A program made the position numbers and the translations under genes. A DNA stretch of 64,000 nt from a virus. The notes under the pieces are model-generated. The model was not told the origin of the DNA and did not search any database. It saw nothing but the letters and a program-made list of their open reading frames with translations. The stretch spans positions 1-64,000 of IMG/VR virus record IMGVR_UViG_3300036791_001907; one strand, 5' to 3'. Positions 19,331-28,954 of the stretch are shown piece by piece (positions within the stretch are counted from its first letter, which is position 1; every line of letters starts with the position of its first letter).

Positions 19331-22048
19331 ATGCCAGGCGAGAACAACCAGGGGCGTCGGCCGCTCTTCGGGCCGATGTCCCAGACAGCGTACGGGCTGG
19401 ACTGGCAGCGGAAGGCGCACCCCAGCTCGGTCTGGGCCCCGATCGACGATGCCCAGGGGGCCTCCCACGACGCGCGCAGGAACCTGAGCATCGGCCCCGG
19501 CATCTATCGCGGCCGGGTCGTGGATGTGGTCGCCTACGCCCAGTGCTACCGCGTGCTGCTCGAGCGCCAGGGGGGCGTGGTGCTCTGCATGGCCATGGCG
19601 GCTACCGGCTTCCTGCCCGTCGGTCCCATCTCGATCCAGTCGATCGGCCCCGGGTCCGAGGTCTACGTGCTGCGGCCCGTGGGCGGCGGCTACGGGATCA
19701 TCCTGGGGGGCATCCCCAGTGCGCAGACGGCCCCCGAGATGGCCCTCTCCGACTTTATCCACCAGACCAGCCGGTGTGGTCTGCGGATCGACAAGGTCCA
19801 CTCGGCGCCGTTCGGGTGCGCCGACCATGGCAGCATCGCCGACTGGTCCAACGGCCGGCCGTTCGACGGCCTGTCGCTGGGCGAGTGGGGCGCGATCACG
19901 GAAACCGGACTGCGGCAGTTCCTGGACCCGTTCATGGCCCAGTGCGCCGTCGACGAGGCGACCGGCGTCTTCGCGTTCTACCATGACCAGCTGCTGCGGC
20001 TGGCCGGATACAACACCCAGATGTTCTCGGGGGGCAACGAGCTCGAGATCTACGTCGATCAGCTCGAGACGCATCACTACGACGGCTTCACCCCCTACCC
20101 CTGGGAGCAGTGCGGCGCCATCGCGCCGGGCGTTGACCCCTATCGGGAGATCGATCCCCAGGACGTCCAGTTCAACAAGCCCTACTACGGCGCCTGGGAA
20201 CCACAAAATGACGACCAGATGCCCTTTCACCGCTCGCTCCTGTTCCGGGGCTACCTGGGGCAGGGGGGCAAGCGGATGGTCCAGGCGCCGCCGCCGAACG
20301 AAAGTGACGTGCCCGCCGCTGGCCGCGACGCCTCGAGCGGACTCAACACCTATGGCGACGACAACCAGTACGCGGCGCTCTTCGAGGAGAACCTCGGCCT
20401 CGACGGCCGCTACTCGCTGCGCTCGGCCAAGGCAATTCATATCGTGAAATGGCCAGCGATCCCGGCCGTGAAGCGGATGATGCGGATCGAGAACGCCGAG
20501 GGGGACAACGAGGACAACTACAAGTTCGCCGGCTACGAGGGGGGCGGTCAGGATCACAAGGTCACGGGCGAGATCGAGGCCGACTCCGATACGCCCCATC
20601 TCCAGCAAGCCGCCGGTCTGATGGATGTCCATGCCTGGGTCTTCAACTGGCTGGGCGCGCACCCGTTCTTCTATCACGAGAACGACTGGCGCATTCAGGA
20701 TGAGGCCGACACCTTCATCCAGAAGGTCGAGGAGCCGATCTCCTTCGGCGATCTGGCCGATGAGTTCTATCTGCCCCGCCCCGACGCCGTGGAGCAGCAG
20801 ATCGACCACCGCTACGAGAAGGTGAAGTACTTCCCGAACCTTTCATACATTGGCATGCATGATGACGGCGGCGTCGTGATCGGCGACGGCTACGGCGCCG
20901 AGATCCGGATGTGCGGCGGCCATATCTTTCTCACGGCACCAGGTGACATCTGGGCCAAGCCCGGCCGCAACTTCAACGTCCTGGCTGGTTATGACGTCTG
21001 CCTGCGGGCCAAGAACTCGATGGACCTGTCGACAACGGAGCATGATCTACGGCTGAAGGCCGAGCACAACCTGCACATGCTTGGCGGCAATAGCGGTGAG
21101 ATCGGCGGTGTGCTGATCGAATGCAAGGCTCCGGGCGCCTACGACTACCAGAACGTCGTCGGCGAGGACGTGACGATGGGGGGCTTTCAGGTGAAGGTGG
21201 ACAAGGGGGACGCCACCCTCTGGGCCTCGAACATCTATCTTCGCACCGGCGGCGGCGATGTGCAGCCAGGCAGCATCACCCTCGACGCCGACGCCGGCAA
21301 GCAGACGATCACGCTCCAGGCCAGCACGATCGCCAACTTCGTCACCAACACGATCCTGGACAACTTCGGTACCGTCGGCAACGTCACGGTCACCCACCTG
21401 TGGGGGGCCGAGTCCAACATCATCGGCTCGGGCTGCTTCATCAACGGCTTCGGCACCTTCACCAACAGTATCCTTGTCGAGGGATGGGTCGAGACCATCG
21501 GCGGCTACTTCGCCAGCGAGCTGGTCAGTCCACAGAACGAGGGTCGGGTTGACGCGATCATGGGTTATGGTCTGAGCGAAGCTTACCAGAACATCAAGAC
21601 GGACAAGGATGATGCGGCCAAGGCTGTGACTGATGCCCAGGCGTTCTGGCAGGATCTCTTCGCCAAATATCTCTATGCGGAGAACCAGGCCGGCAACGAC
21701 GACACCATCACGGCGGTTCACTTCACGTTCCGGAACCCAGCCCAGTACCGCACCGACAACTTCCAGCTCTTCGAGGACCGCTGGCAGCAGATGGCCCGCC
21801 TGAGCGGCCAGGAGCTGAACACGTGGGAGGAGAAAACGATCACCGGCGGCGCCGAGGAGACGATGCCCTATCCCGGCAAGGAGCCCTGGAATGACGATGA
21901 TACTTACATGCAGATGGACCTGAACCTCTATGATCCCGAGGAGGGGATCAGCAAGACCCGAGCGGATTCCCAGAGCGACTACGAGGAGCCCAAGTTCAAG
22001 GATCCGGAGCCCCAGCCGCCGTCCAAGGGCTATCTGGTCATCGTGTGA
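19331..22048 (+). CDS. Baseplate central spike, gp5/VgrG-like (OB-fold plus beta-helix)
   Basis: N-terminal GRVVDV...PGSEVYVL...IILGGIP OB-fold; later beta-repeat region SYIGMHDDGGVVIGDGYGAEIRM...APGDIWAKPGRNFNVLAG. Confidence 0.7.
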   Translation: MPGENNQGRRPLFGPMSQTAYGLDWQRKAHPSSVWAPIDDAQGASHDARRNLSIGPGIYRGRVVDVVAYAQCYRVLLERQGGVVLCMAMAATGFLPVGPISIQSIGPGSEVYVLRPVGGGYGIILGGIPSAQTAPEMALSDFIHQTSRCGLRIDKVHSAPFGCADHGSIADWSNGRPFDGLSLGEWGAITETGLRQFLDPFMAQCAVDEATGVFAFYHDQLLRLAGYNTQMFSGGNELEIYVDQLETHHYDGFTPYPWEQCGAIAPGVDPYREIDPQDVQFNKPYYGAWEPQNDDQMPFHRSLLFRGYLGQGGKRMVQAPPPNESDVPAAGRDASSGLNTYGDDNQYAALFEENLGLDGRYSLRSAKAIHIVKWPAIPAVKRMMRIENAEGDNEDNYKFAGYEGGGQDHKVTGEIEADSDTPHLQQAAGLMDVHAWVFNWLGAHPFFYHENDWRIQDEADTFIQKVEEPISFGDLADEFYLPRPDAVEQQIDHRYEKVKYFPNLSYIGMHDDGGVVIGDGYGAEIRMCGGHIFLTAPGDIWAKPGRNFNVLAGYDVCLRAKNSMDLSTTEHDLRLKAEHNLHMLGGNSGEIGGVLIECKAPGAYDYQNVVGEDVTMGGFQVKVDKGDATLWASNIYLRTGGGDVQPGSITLDADAGKQTITLQASTIANFVTNTILDNFGTVGNVTVTHLWGAESNIIGSGCFINGFGTFTNSILVEGWVETIGGYFASELVSPQNEGRVDAIMGYGLSEAYQNIKTDKDDAAKAVTDAQAFWQDLFAKYLYAENQAGNDDTITAVHFTFRNPAQYRTDNFQLFEDRWQQMARLSGQELNTWEEKTITGGAEETMPYPGKEPWNDDDTYMQMDLNLYDPEEGISKTRADSQSDYEEPKFKDPEPQPPSKGYLVIV

Positions 22049-22055
22049 GGTTTTC

Positions 22056-23276
22056 ATGCCTGAAAAAAGAAAGCTTGATCTTCGCAGGCGGCCCCAGCCG
22101 CAGCCGCCGCCCGCCGCGCCGCCGCCCACGCTCCGGGAGACGCTGGGGCCCGCCCTGTTCCAGCCGGGCCGGCTCATCGATCCCAAGTTCATGACGACCT
22201 GGGAACGGAAGCAGCTGGAGGCCATCGGCTGGGAGCCCGGGACCCCGGTTCCGGGCAATGCCGCCGAGCTGATCGCGGCCGCCCAGAAAGAAGCCACAAG
22301 TGAACTGCTACCAGTGCCACCGGACACGCCGCCGCTCGAGATGCCGGAGCCGGTCGATATCAGCCGGCTGTCCGCCGCGAAGCAGCAGGAGCTGCGCGAG
22401 GCGCTCGCGGACGCGGCCCATTATCAGGAGCAGTTCCAGGCGCAGGAGGCGGCCGTCGCCGGCAAGCCCGCCGGCATCGCCGAGGCGATCCGTGTCGCCG
22501 ACCGGGTCACCCAGGAGGGACAGCCGAACCTGGGCATCTCCGTCGTCGACGATCGGCCGCCCCGGCCGGCGGCGGTACCAGCCGCGGCCCGGCCCACAGG
22601 CTGGCGGCAGCCTGATCCGCCGCCGGAGTCCAAGCCGACGGGCTGGCGGCAGCCGGCGCCGCCGCCCCAGCCGGCGCCGCCAGAACCGGCCGCCGATCCG
22701 CCGGTCGGCGACCTCTCCGATGCCGGCGGGATCGGGATCACCCATTGCCCGCATTGCAACTGGGACCTGAAGCGGCCTGATCCCAGCACGCCCACCGATG
22801 ACGACAAGCGGACCTACCTGATGGCGACCCTGGCCGGTCCCGGCCACCGGTTCACCCGCGAGATCGTGCTCCTGGGCGGGACCGTCAGGGTCGGCTACCG
22901 CGAGCTGACCGGGGGCGAGGCCGACGCGGCGCTGACGCAGATCGCCGAGGACGTGCGCAAGAGCCGGGTCGTGGGTGACGGCGAATGGTGGCAGCGGCTG
23001 ATGGACTACCGGATGACCCAGGCCATCGACTACATCGAGATCCGCAGCGTGGGCCGCGTCCACGAGGGCGTCGACCTGGCGGACATCGAGTCCGACGACG
23101 GCAATTCCACGCCGTACCCGGCGCTGATCGATCACCTGCTGGGCAGCGTGCTTCAGAGCGAGAGCCTGCGGCGGGCGATCGGTCAGGGCTTCATGCGGTT
23201 CCAGCGGCTCTGCGAGAAGCTCGAAGCCAATGCGGATGAGGAGTCTTTCTGGAACGGGATCGGCTCGCTGCGCTGA
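22056..23276 (+). CDS. Putative tail assembly chaperone (Pro-rich N-terminus, CPHC zinc ribbon)
   Basis: ATG 22056 follows GAGG; lies two genes before the tape measure; acidic C-terminus ...ADEESFW. Confidence 0.5.
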   Translation: MPEKRKLDLRRRPQPQPPPAAPPPTLRETLGPALFQPGRLIDPKFMTTWERKQLEAIGWEPGTPVPGNAAELIAAAQKEATSELLPVPPDTPPLEMPEPVDISRLSAAKQQELREALADAAHYQEQFQAQEAAVAGKPAGIAEAIRVADRVTQEGQPNLGISVVDDRPPRPAAVPAAARPTGWRQPDPPPESKPTGWRQPAPPPQPAPPEPAADPPVGDLSDAGGIGITHCPHCNWDLKRPDPSTPTDDDKRTYLMATLAGPGHRFTREIVLLGGTVRVGYRELTGGEADAALTQIAEDVRKSRVVGDGEWWQRLMDYRMTQAIDYIEIRSVGRVHEGVDLADIESDDGNSTPYPALIDHLLGSVLQSESLRRAIGQGFMRFQRLCEKLEANADEESFWNGIGSLR

Positions 23277-23698
23277 TGGTGCAGGCCGCCACTGCCGGGG
23301 TTGTGGACTTCGGCAGGGCCGATCCCCGTGATCTCAAGTGGTGGCGGCACCTGCGGCTGATCGTCGATCAACTGGAGCGGAATAACCTCAGGGAATATTA
23401 TCGGCTGTACTATGATCGGACCGTGACTGTTCTGGGGCGCACCGACCTGTCGCACGAGTCGGCCACGCGGTTGCTGGACGAGTCGGATACGCGGATCGAC
23501 AGCATCGCCAAGCTGCTCTTCCCGTGGATCACCTGGGATCGGCAGAAGATCCGGGAACAGGAGGCCGTGCAATTGCGTGCGTCCTGGGAGGCCTGGTTCG
23601 GTAAGCTGGACGATCCAGATACCCAGCGACGGATCCGCGAGACGGCGGCGTGGCTGCGAAGTACCACCCGGAAGACCCCACGGATGGGAAGGCGCTAG
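23276..23698 (+). CDS. Putative second tail assembly chaperone (possibly a -1 frameshift extension of the upstream gene)
   Basis: TGATG overlap; lies in the -1 frame of the upstream gene, open from 23240; directly precedes the tape measure. Confidence 0.5.
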   Translation: MVQAATAGVVDFGRADPRDLKWWRHLRLIVDQLERNNLREYYRLYYDRTVTVLGRTDLSHESATRLLDESDTRIDSIAKLLFPWITWDRQKIREQEAVQLRASWEAWFGKLDDPDTQRRIRETAAWLRSTTRKTPRMGRR

Positions 23699-26600
23699 AT
23701 GGCAAGCGGCTACTCGAACCCACTGCTCGACGAGTTTGCCATGCACCGCGGCCTCTTCGGCGGTGCCCAGGAGTGGCCGCAGCGCATCGACTTCAACTTC
23801 GGCGACGCCGGCATGGGCGGGCCGTTCGCGAGCATCGCCCCGTTCATCATCCAGCCGGCGATCAACGCCATGTTCGGGCACGGCGGCTTCATGCCGGCCC
23901 AGTTCATGCCCACCCAGAGCTTCCGCGACCAGATGCTGTCCAAGCAGTACTGGCAGGCCCGCCAGGGGGCGATGGCGACCGCCGCGCAGGCCGATCGCGA
24001 GACCTACGTCCGGATGCTCCGCGGCATGGCCCAGATGCGCGGTACGCCGTGGGGCCTGGATCAGCAGCGTTCCGCCAACGTCATGGCGGGCGACCTGGCG
24101 TTCATGGCGCCCTTCCTGGCGCAGGCGATGCCCGAGACGTTCGACGCTCTGCACGGCGTCCGGGGGTCGGCGACGGTCATGGCCTCGTTCCTCCACCGCG
24201 CCGGCCGCTTCGGGGTGGATCCGGCGACCGGCCGGACCGGCCTGTCGGGCGACTCGGCCGGCATTCTCGCCGCCGAGATGCACCAGCGGTTCTTCGGCGC
24301 CGATGCCAACCTGGCCGACTGGCGGGGCCTCTCCGCCGGCCGGGCCGGCGCCCTCTACGATGAACTTCAGACCCGCGGCCTGATGGGCATGTCGATCGGC
24401 GCCATGACCCAGCCCGAGCAGCTGCGGGCATTGACCGGCTCGGCGACCAGCCGGCAGGACGTGCTGCGGCTGCTGCGCGAGCAGAACCCGGACCAGTTCG
24501 CCAGGCTCGGCGGCAGGACGGATGCCGCCGGGCTGACCAATGTACTCCAGGACCTCCAGACCGGTAATGCAACCCAGTTCGATGCGCTCCTGCGGCAGTT
24601 TGACGCCAACCAGGTCGGCAACCGCCTGAAGGGCATGTCCGGCGCCGTGGCGGCGATGCGCGAGATCTTCGGCGATCTCGGCCGGCCCAACGCGCCGATG
24701 ACGCAGCTGATCGAGGGCCTGAATGCATTGACCCAGGGGGGTCTGGCGACGATGAGCCCGGCCGACCTGGAACGGACGGTGCGCACGACCCAGGTCATCG
24801 CGCGCACCAGCGGCATGGGGATGACGGCGCTCCAGGGGATGACGGCGCAGGGCGCCGCCATGGCGCAGCAGATGGGTCTTGATCCCCGCTTTGGCATGAC
24901 GGCGGCCCAGGGTGCCGCCGAATTCGGCGCCGCCTATGGCCAGGTCGGCCGCGGCGATCTCGCCGCCTGGGGCCGCGTCAGCCGCGATCAGCTGACGCTC
25001 ATGGATCAGCAGCTCCGGCTCAACGCGGCCAGCTCGCCCATGGCCAACCGCCTGGGCGCCGCCATGCGGACGGTCGAGACCCAGGAGCAAGCCGGCGTCG
25101 CGGTCACGGGGCCGCTGGCAGCCCTGGCGCAGGCAGTCCGGACCGGCGCCACCGAATTCATGGGTCCGGGCGGACAGATGCAGTCGTTGAACATGAACGA
25201 GACGCAGTGGCGGCAGATGATGGCCGCGAGCAACATCGACGCGGGGACGGCGATGGCCATGCTGCGGTCGCCGGCCGCCAACCAGCCGCAGATCGACCGG
25301 TACCGGTTCCAGGACGTCGCACGGACATTCCAGGGAGGTGAACTCGTCAACATGATGAGTCAGAGCATGCGCGAGCCCGTCCTCTCGCGCCTGTCCGCGG
25401 CTGGCATGCGCGATCCGGGGCGGATGCGCGATATCGCCACGACCGCGGCGCGCGCCCAGGCGGAGGCGTTCATGAACATGCCGGTCGAGATCCGGACCGA
25501 CGATCAGGCCCGCAACCAGTTCATGATGGATGCGACCCGCTCGGCCATGATGGCCCAGGGCATGAGCGAGGCGGAGTTTGACCGTCTCTTTCCCCGCGAG
25601 CAGTTCGCCGCGATGGTGGCGGCCGGTCTGGGCCGGGCCGAGCAGCGCCGCGCCAGCGACCCGCGGCTCCGCGCCTACACCAGCTTGAACGCGATGGCCG
25701 ATCTCAATAACCGGGCCGTGCTCAAGCGCCAGGCCTTCCTCCGGCAGGAGACCGCGGCCGAGGTGGCCGTGGGTACGGCCCTGGGCGGGCTGGGCACGGC
25801 GGGCCCACTGGCGCGGCTGATGGAGGAGATCCAGGATCCATCGCCCAATATCGGCGACGCGATCAAGAAGTTCCTGGGCGGCGTCAGTCCGGAGACGGTT
25901 CGCGAGCGGCTGGGCGGTATCGACGTGACCCGCATCGAGGCCGAGGGGGGCGTCGGCGCCACGGAGCGGGTCGGCGTGATCATGGAGGAGCTGATGACCG
26001 CCACGGAGGCCTACCAGCGTGGTCAGGCTGGTCCGGGAACGGATGCGGAGAAGCTCCGCGCCAAGGAGGCATTCGCGACCCACGCCGCGGCGCTACGGCG
26101 TGGCGGCACGCTGGCCCGGGACCGGGCCCGGCAGGTCCTCCGTGATGCCGGACTCATTGGCGACAGCGCCACCCCGGCCGACGTGCAGGCCAAGATCAAG
26201 GAGGTGCTCAACGACAAGAATGCCAACCCGGCGCTGCGGAAGACGATCGGCGCCCTCGCCGCCGCCGGCGCCACGGCTGATAACGCGGCCATCTATCAGC
26301 AGCAGGTGACGTTCCTGAAACAGCACGGGGTCACCGATCCCGCGGCGATCCGGGCCGCCATGGCGGGCGACCTGGACAAGCTGCCGGATGAGGCGGCGCG
26401 CGATCGGTTCCGGCAGATCGGTGGGCTGCGGGGCGGCCTGGACGTCCATGCGGCCAATGCCGGCATGGCCACAGGGGCCGCGGTCGGGGCCAAGGATCTG
26501 GCCGACGTGACCGCACAGCAGGCGCTCCTGGACACCGATCTGGCACGGGCCCGGACCCTCGTGGGTCCCGAGGAGCGGGACGCGATCGCCGCGCGGATGC

Positions 26601-27439
26601 GGCACGCCGGTGCCGTTGTTGATCGCAGCCGCGACGTGGTCAGCGCGCTACTGGGGGACAGCGCCGCGATGCGCAACCTGGGCGAGGGCGGCTTCGACAA
26701 GGCCAAGGGAGTTCGGGACAAGCAGCAGGAGATCGACCGCCTCATCGGCGAGACGGGGTTGACGCTGACCGACATCGTGGCCGGCAACTATGACGAGAAC
26801 AAGCTGAACGCCGATCAGGTGACGGCCGTCAACCGGATCAAAGGGCTCCAGACCGATGTCGTGAAGGGGATCGGCGAGCTGGGCGGCATGATGCGCCGGC
26901 CGACCGGCAAGATGAAGCCCGAGGAGGTGGCAAGGCTCACCAAGTACCAGGCCGAGCAGCGGCGGTCGGATGATGACCGGAACCGGGAAGCGATCAACGC
27001 GGCCGCCAAGGCGCTGGGGATCACCGTCGATGATGACAAACGGGCCACGTTCATGAAGCAGCTGGGCGCGGGCCCGGAAGCCGCGGCGCGGCGCTACGCG
27101 CTGGGCCGGGGCGTAAGTGCCCAGCAAACGCTCGAGATGATCGCCGAGGAGGAGGGCGTCAGCTTTGCGCAACTCAAGAAGACGGGCGGAGCCACCGTCA
27201 AAAAACTGTTCAAGGAGGCCGGCGCCCTGGCGGAGGGTGAAACCAGCGCCGTCATCGGCGCGGCGCTGAACCAGATCAACGAGCGGCGCGGGCAAGCGGC
27301 CGAGGCCGGCAGCAAGGCGGCCGCCGCGGGTGACGGCAAGTTCCAGATGTCGGGCACGGTGAAGGTGTCGTTCAAGGACGGCACGATGGACATGGCGGGG
27401 GCGACTGGAACCATGGGATCGACACCGGTAGCAGGGTGA
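23699..27439 (+). CDS. Tape measure protein
   Basis: 1246 aa, Ala/Gly/Met/Gln-rich and helical; canonical position after tube and chaperones. Confidence 0.8.
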   Translation: MASGYSNPLLDEFAMHRGLFGGAQEWPQRIDFNFGDAGMGGPFASIAPFIIQPAINAMFGHGGFMPAQFMPTQSFRDQMLSKQYWQARQGAMATAAQADRETYVRMLRGMAQMRGTPWGLDQQRSANVMAGDLAFMAPFLAQAMPETFDALHGVRGSATVMASFLHRAGRFGVDPATGRTGLSGDSAGILAAEMHQRFFGADANLADWRGLSAGRAGALYDELQTRGLMGMSIGAMTQPEQLRALTGSATSRQDVLRLLREQNPDQFARLGGRTDAAGLTNVLQDLQTGNATQFDALLRQFDANQVGNRLKGMSGAVAAMREIFGDLGRPNAPMTQLIEGLNALTQGGLATMSPADLERTVRTTQVIARTSGMGMTALQGMTAQGAAMAQQMGLDPRFGMTAAQGAAEFGAAYGQVGRGDLAAWGRVSRDQLTLMDQQLRLNAASSPMANRLGAAMRTVETQEQAGVAVTGPLAALAQAVRTGATEFMGPGGQMQSLNMNETQWRQMMAASNIDAGTAMAMLRSPAANQPQIDRYRFQDVARTFQGGELVNMMSQSMREPVLSRLSAAGMRDPGRMRDIATTAARAQAEAFMNMPVEIRTDDQARNQFMMDATRSAMMAQGMSEAEFDRLFPREQFAAMVAAGLGRAEQRRASDPRLRAYTSLNAMADLNNRAVLKRQAFLRQETAAEVAVGTALGGLGTAGPLARLMEEIQDPSPNIGDAIKKFLGGVSPETVRERLGGIDVTRIEAEGGVGATERVGVIMEELMTATEAYQRGQAGPGTDAEKLRAKEAFATHAAALRRGGTLARDRARQVLRDAGLIGDSATPADVQAKIKEVLNDKNANPALRKTIGALAAAGATADNAAIYQQQVTFLKQHGVTDPAAIRAAMAGDLDKLPDEAARDRFRQIGGLRGGLDVHAANAGMATGAAVGAKDLADVTAQQALLDTDLARARTLVGPEERDAIAARMRHAGAVVDRSRDVVSALLGDSAAMRNLGEGGFDKAKGVRDKQQEIDRLIGETGLTLTDIVAGNYDENKLNADQVTAVNRIKGLQTDVVKGIGELGGMMRRPTGKMKPEEVARLTKYQAEQRRSDDDRNREAINAAAKALGITVDDDKRATFMKQLGAGPEAAARRYALGRGVSAQQTLEMIAEEEGVSFAQLKKTGGATVKKLFKEAGALAEGETSAVIGAALNQINERRGQAAEAGSKAAAAGDGKFQMSGTVKVSFKDGTMDMAGATGTMGSTPVAG

Positions 27440-27445
27440 TCAGCG

Positions 27446-28147
27446 ATGGCCGATATCTTCAGCAACAGGCCTGGTGTCGTCGCGGTGCTCAACACGGGCG
27501 GCATCGACGACAACCCGTTCCGGGTGACCCTTGACGGCTTCTCGCAGAACGGCGCGCAGAGCGGCGTCATCTTCACGGAGATGGCCATCCAGCGCGCCGG
27601 TAACTACCAGTTCCTGCACACGCTCAACGACCTGGTCTATGTCTATAGTTTTGGTGAGCGGATCGGCCAGATCCGCGCCAGCGGCATGCTCTTTGCGCAG
27701 CTGTGCAACGGCGTCGGCGGCCTGTCGACTCTCCTGGCGTATTACGAGGCCAACCGGCTCGAGGCCCGCCCGGACCCGGTCTCGATCATCATCGGTACCA
27801 GTGATGCTGGCCGGTTCCGCGGCTTTCTGGTCGAGCTGAACGTCGACGTCGCGCGGCCTGATGCCCGGCTGGCCCAGTTCGGCATGCAGTTCCAGGCGCT
27901 GCCCAGTTCCAGCGCCAGCGGCAGCGGTGGCGGGTTCTTTGGCGGCGGCGGTGGTAATGGCAGTGGCGGTGGTGGCGGTGGTGCTGGTCCGGGTGCGCTT
28001 GCAGCCGCAGGTGCCGCCGGACTCGCAGGTGCCGCCCTGGGTGCCATAGGTGCCCCCGCGAGTGCTGTGGGAGCAACGGAAGGCGACTTCGCCAGCGGCG
28101 GCATGGGCGGGATCCCTGGGGGCATGGGATCCCCGGGTGGGTTCTAA
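27446..28147 (+). CDS. Tube-initiator/baseplate tube-like protein with Gly-rich tail
   Basis: NYQFLHTLNDLVYVYSFGERIGQIRASG is a tube-fold-like motif; follows the tape measure; poly-Gly C-terminus. Confidence 0.55.
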   Translation: MADIFSNRPGVVAVLNTGGIDDNPFRVTLDGFSQNGAQSGVIFTEMAIQRAGNYQFLHTLNDLVYVYSFGERIGQIRASGMLFAQLCNGVGGLSTLLAYYEANRLEARPDPVSIIIGTSDAGRFRGFLVELNVDVARPDARLAQFGMQFQALPSSSASGSGGGFFGGGGGNGSGGGGGGAGPGALAAAGAAGLAGAALGAIGAPASAVGATEGDFASGGMGGIPGGMGSPGGF

Positions 28148-28162
28148 ACTCGAGTATCAGCC

Positions 28163-28954
28163 ATGGTGAACCATGTACGCACACTTCTGCTGAACCGTCC
28201 GGCGTCGGCCGTGACGCCGATGGGCGAGTACGTGCCGCCGTCGTTCCGCACCGTGGCGCTGCCGTCCTATCTTCAGCAGGCGCGCGGGCTCCTGTTCGGC
28301 CCCCGGCCCGATGCCACGATGCTCGACTACCGGCTCCGGCAGTACATGGCGCTACTGCATTCGACCGAGCTGGTGGAGTTCGTCACCGCCCCCGATCCGC
28401 GGATCACCTACACGCCGGGCGACCGCACCATGGCGGACTTCAGCTTCGCGCCGGCGGTGCTGCCGGTCGGCCACGACAACCTGCTCTACATCGTCGGCGA
28501 TCCGCCGATCGCCACCGACGGCGGGATGGTCTACTCCTGGCAGGTCAAGGTCCTGCTTGCCGGCCGTCCGGCACCGGTCGCGGCCGTGACCCAGCGCAGT
28601 CCGGTCCAGGGTTACGTCGAGCACGCGATCAGTTACACCGAAACACTATCGAATGAGTTCCCCCTGGATGGCTCGCCGCTCCTGGCGCGCTTCGGCAGTA
28701 CCGGCATCGTCGACGGCACGACGTGGATCGTCACCTGCCTGGCGCCGCCGGCGGAGGACCCGGGCCAGGTCGCCGCCACCTTCCGGGCCGTCGGCGGCAC
28801 GATCCTGGGCCAGCTCTTCGGCGGTGCCATCGCGGAGCCTTATATCACCGGGTATTCACTCTGGGACTCCGTCCAGCCGCTGCCCTACCGGCTGGGGGCC
28901 GTGCTGCTGGCCGTCGCCACCCGGACCGATGAGATTCGCAGGGGGATCAGCTGA
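28163..28954 (+). CDS. Hypothetical baseplate-region protein
   Basis: Good codon bias; MVNHVRTLLLN start; operon context. Confidence 0.55.
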   Translation: MVNHVRTLLLNRPASAVTPMGEYVPPSFRTVALPSYLQQARGLLFGPRPDATMLDYRLRQYMALLHSTELVEFVTAPDPRITYTPGDRTMADFSFAPAVLPVGHDNLLYIVGDPPIATDGGMVYSWQVKVLLAGRPAPVAAVTQRSPVQGYVEHAISYTETLSNEFPLDGSPLLARFGSTGIVDGTTWIVTCLAPPAEDPGQVAATFRAVGGTILGQLFGGAIAEPYITGYSLWDSVQPLPYRLGAVLLAVATRTDEIRRGIS

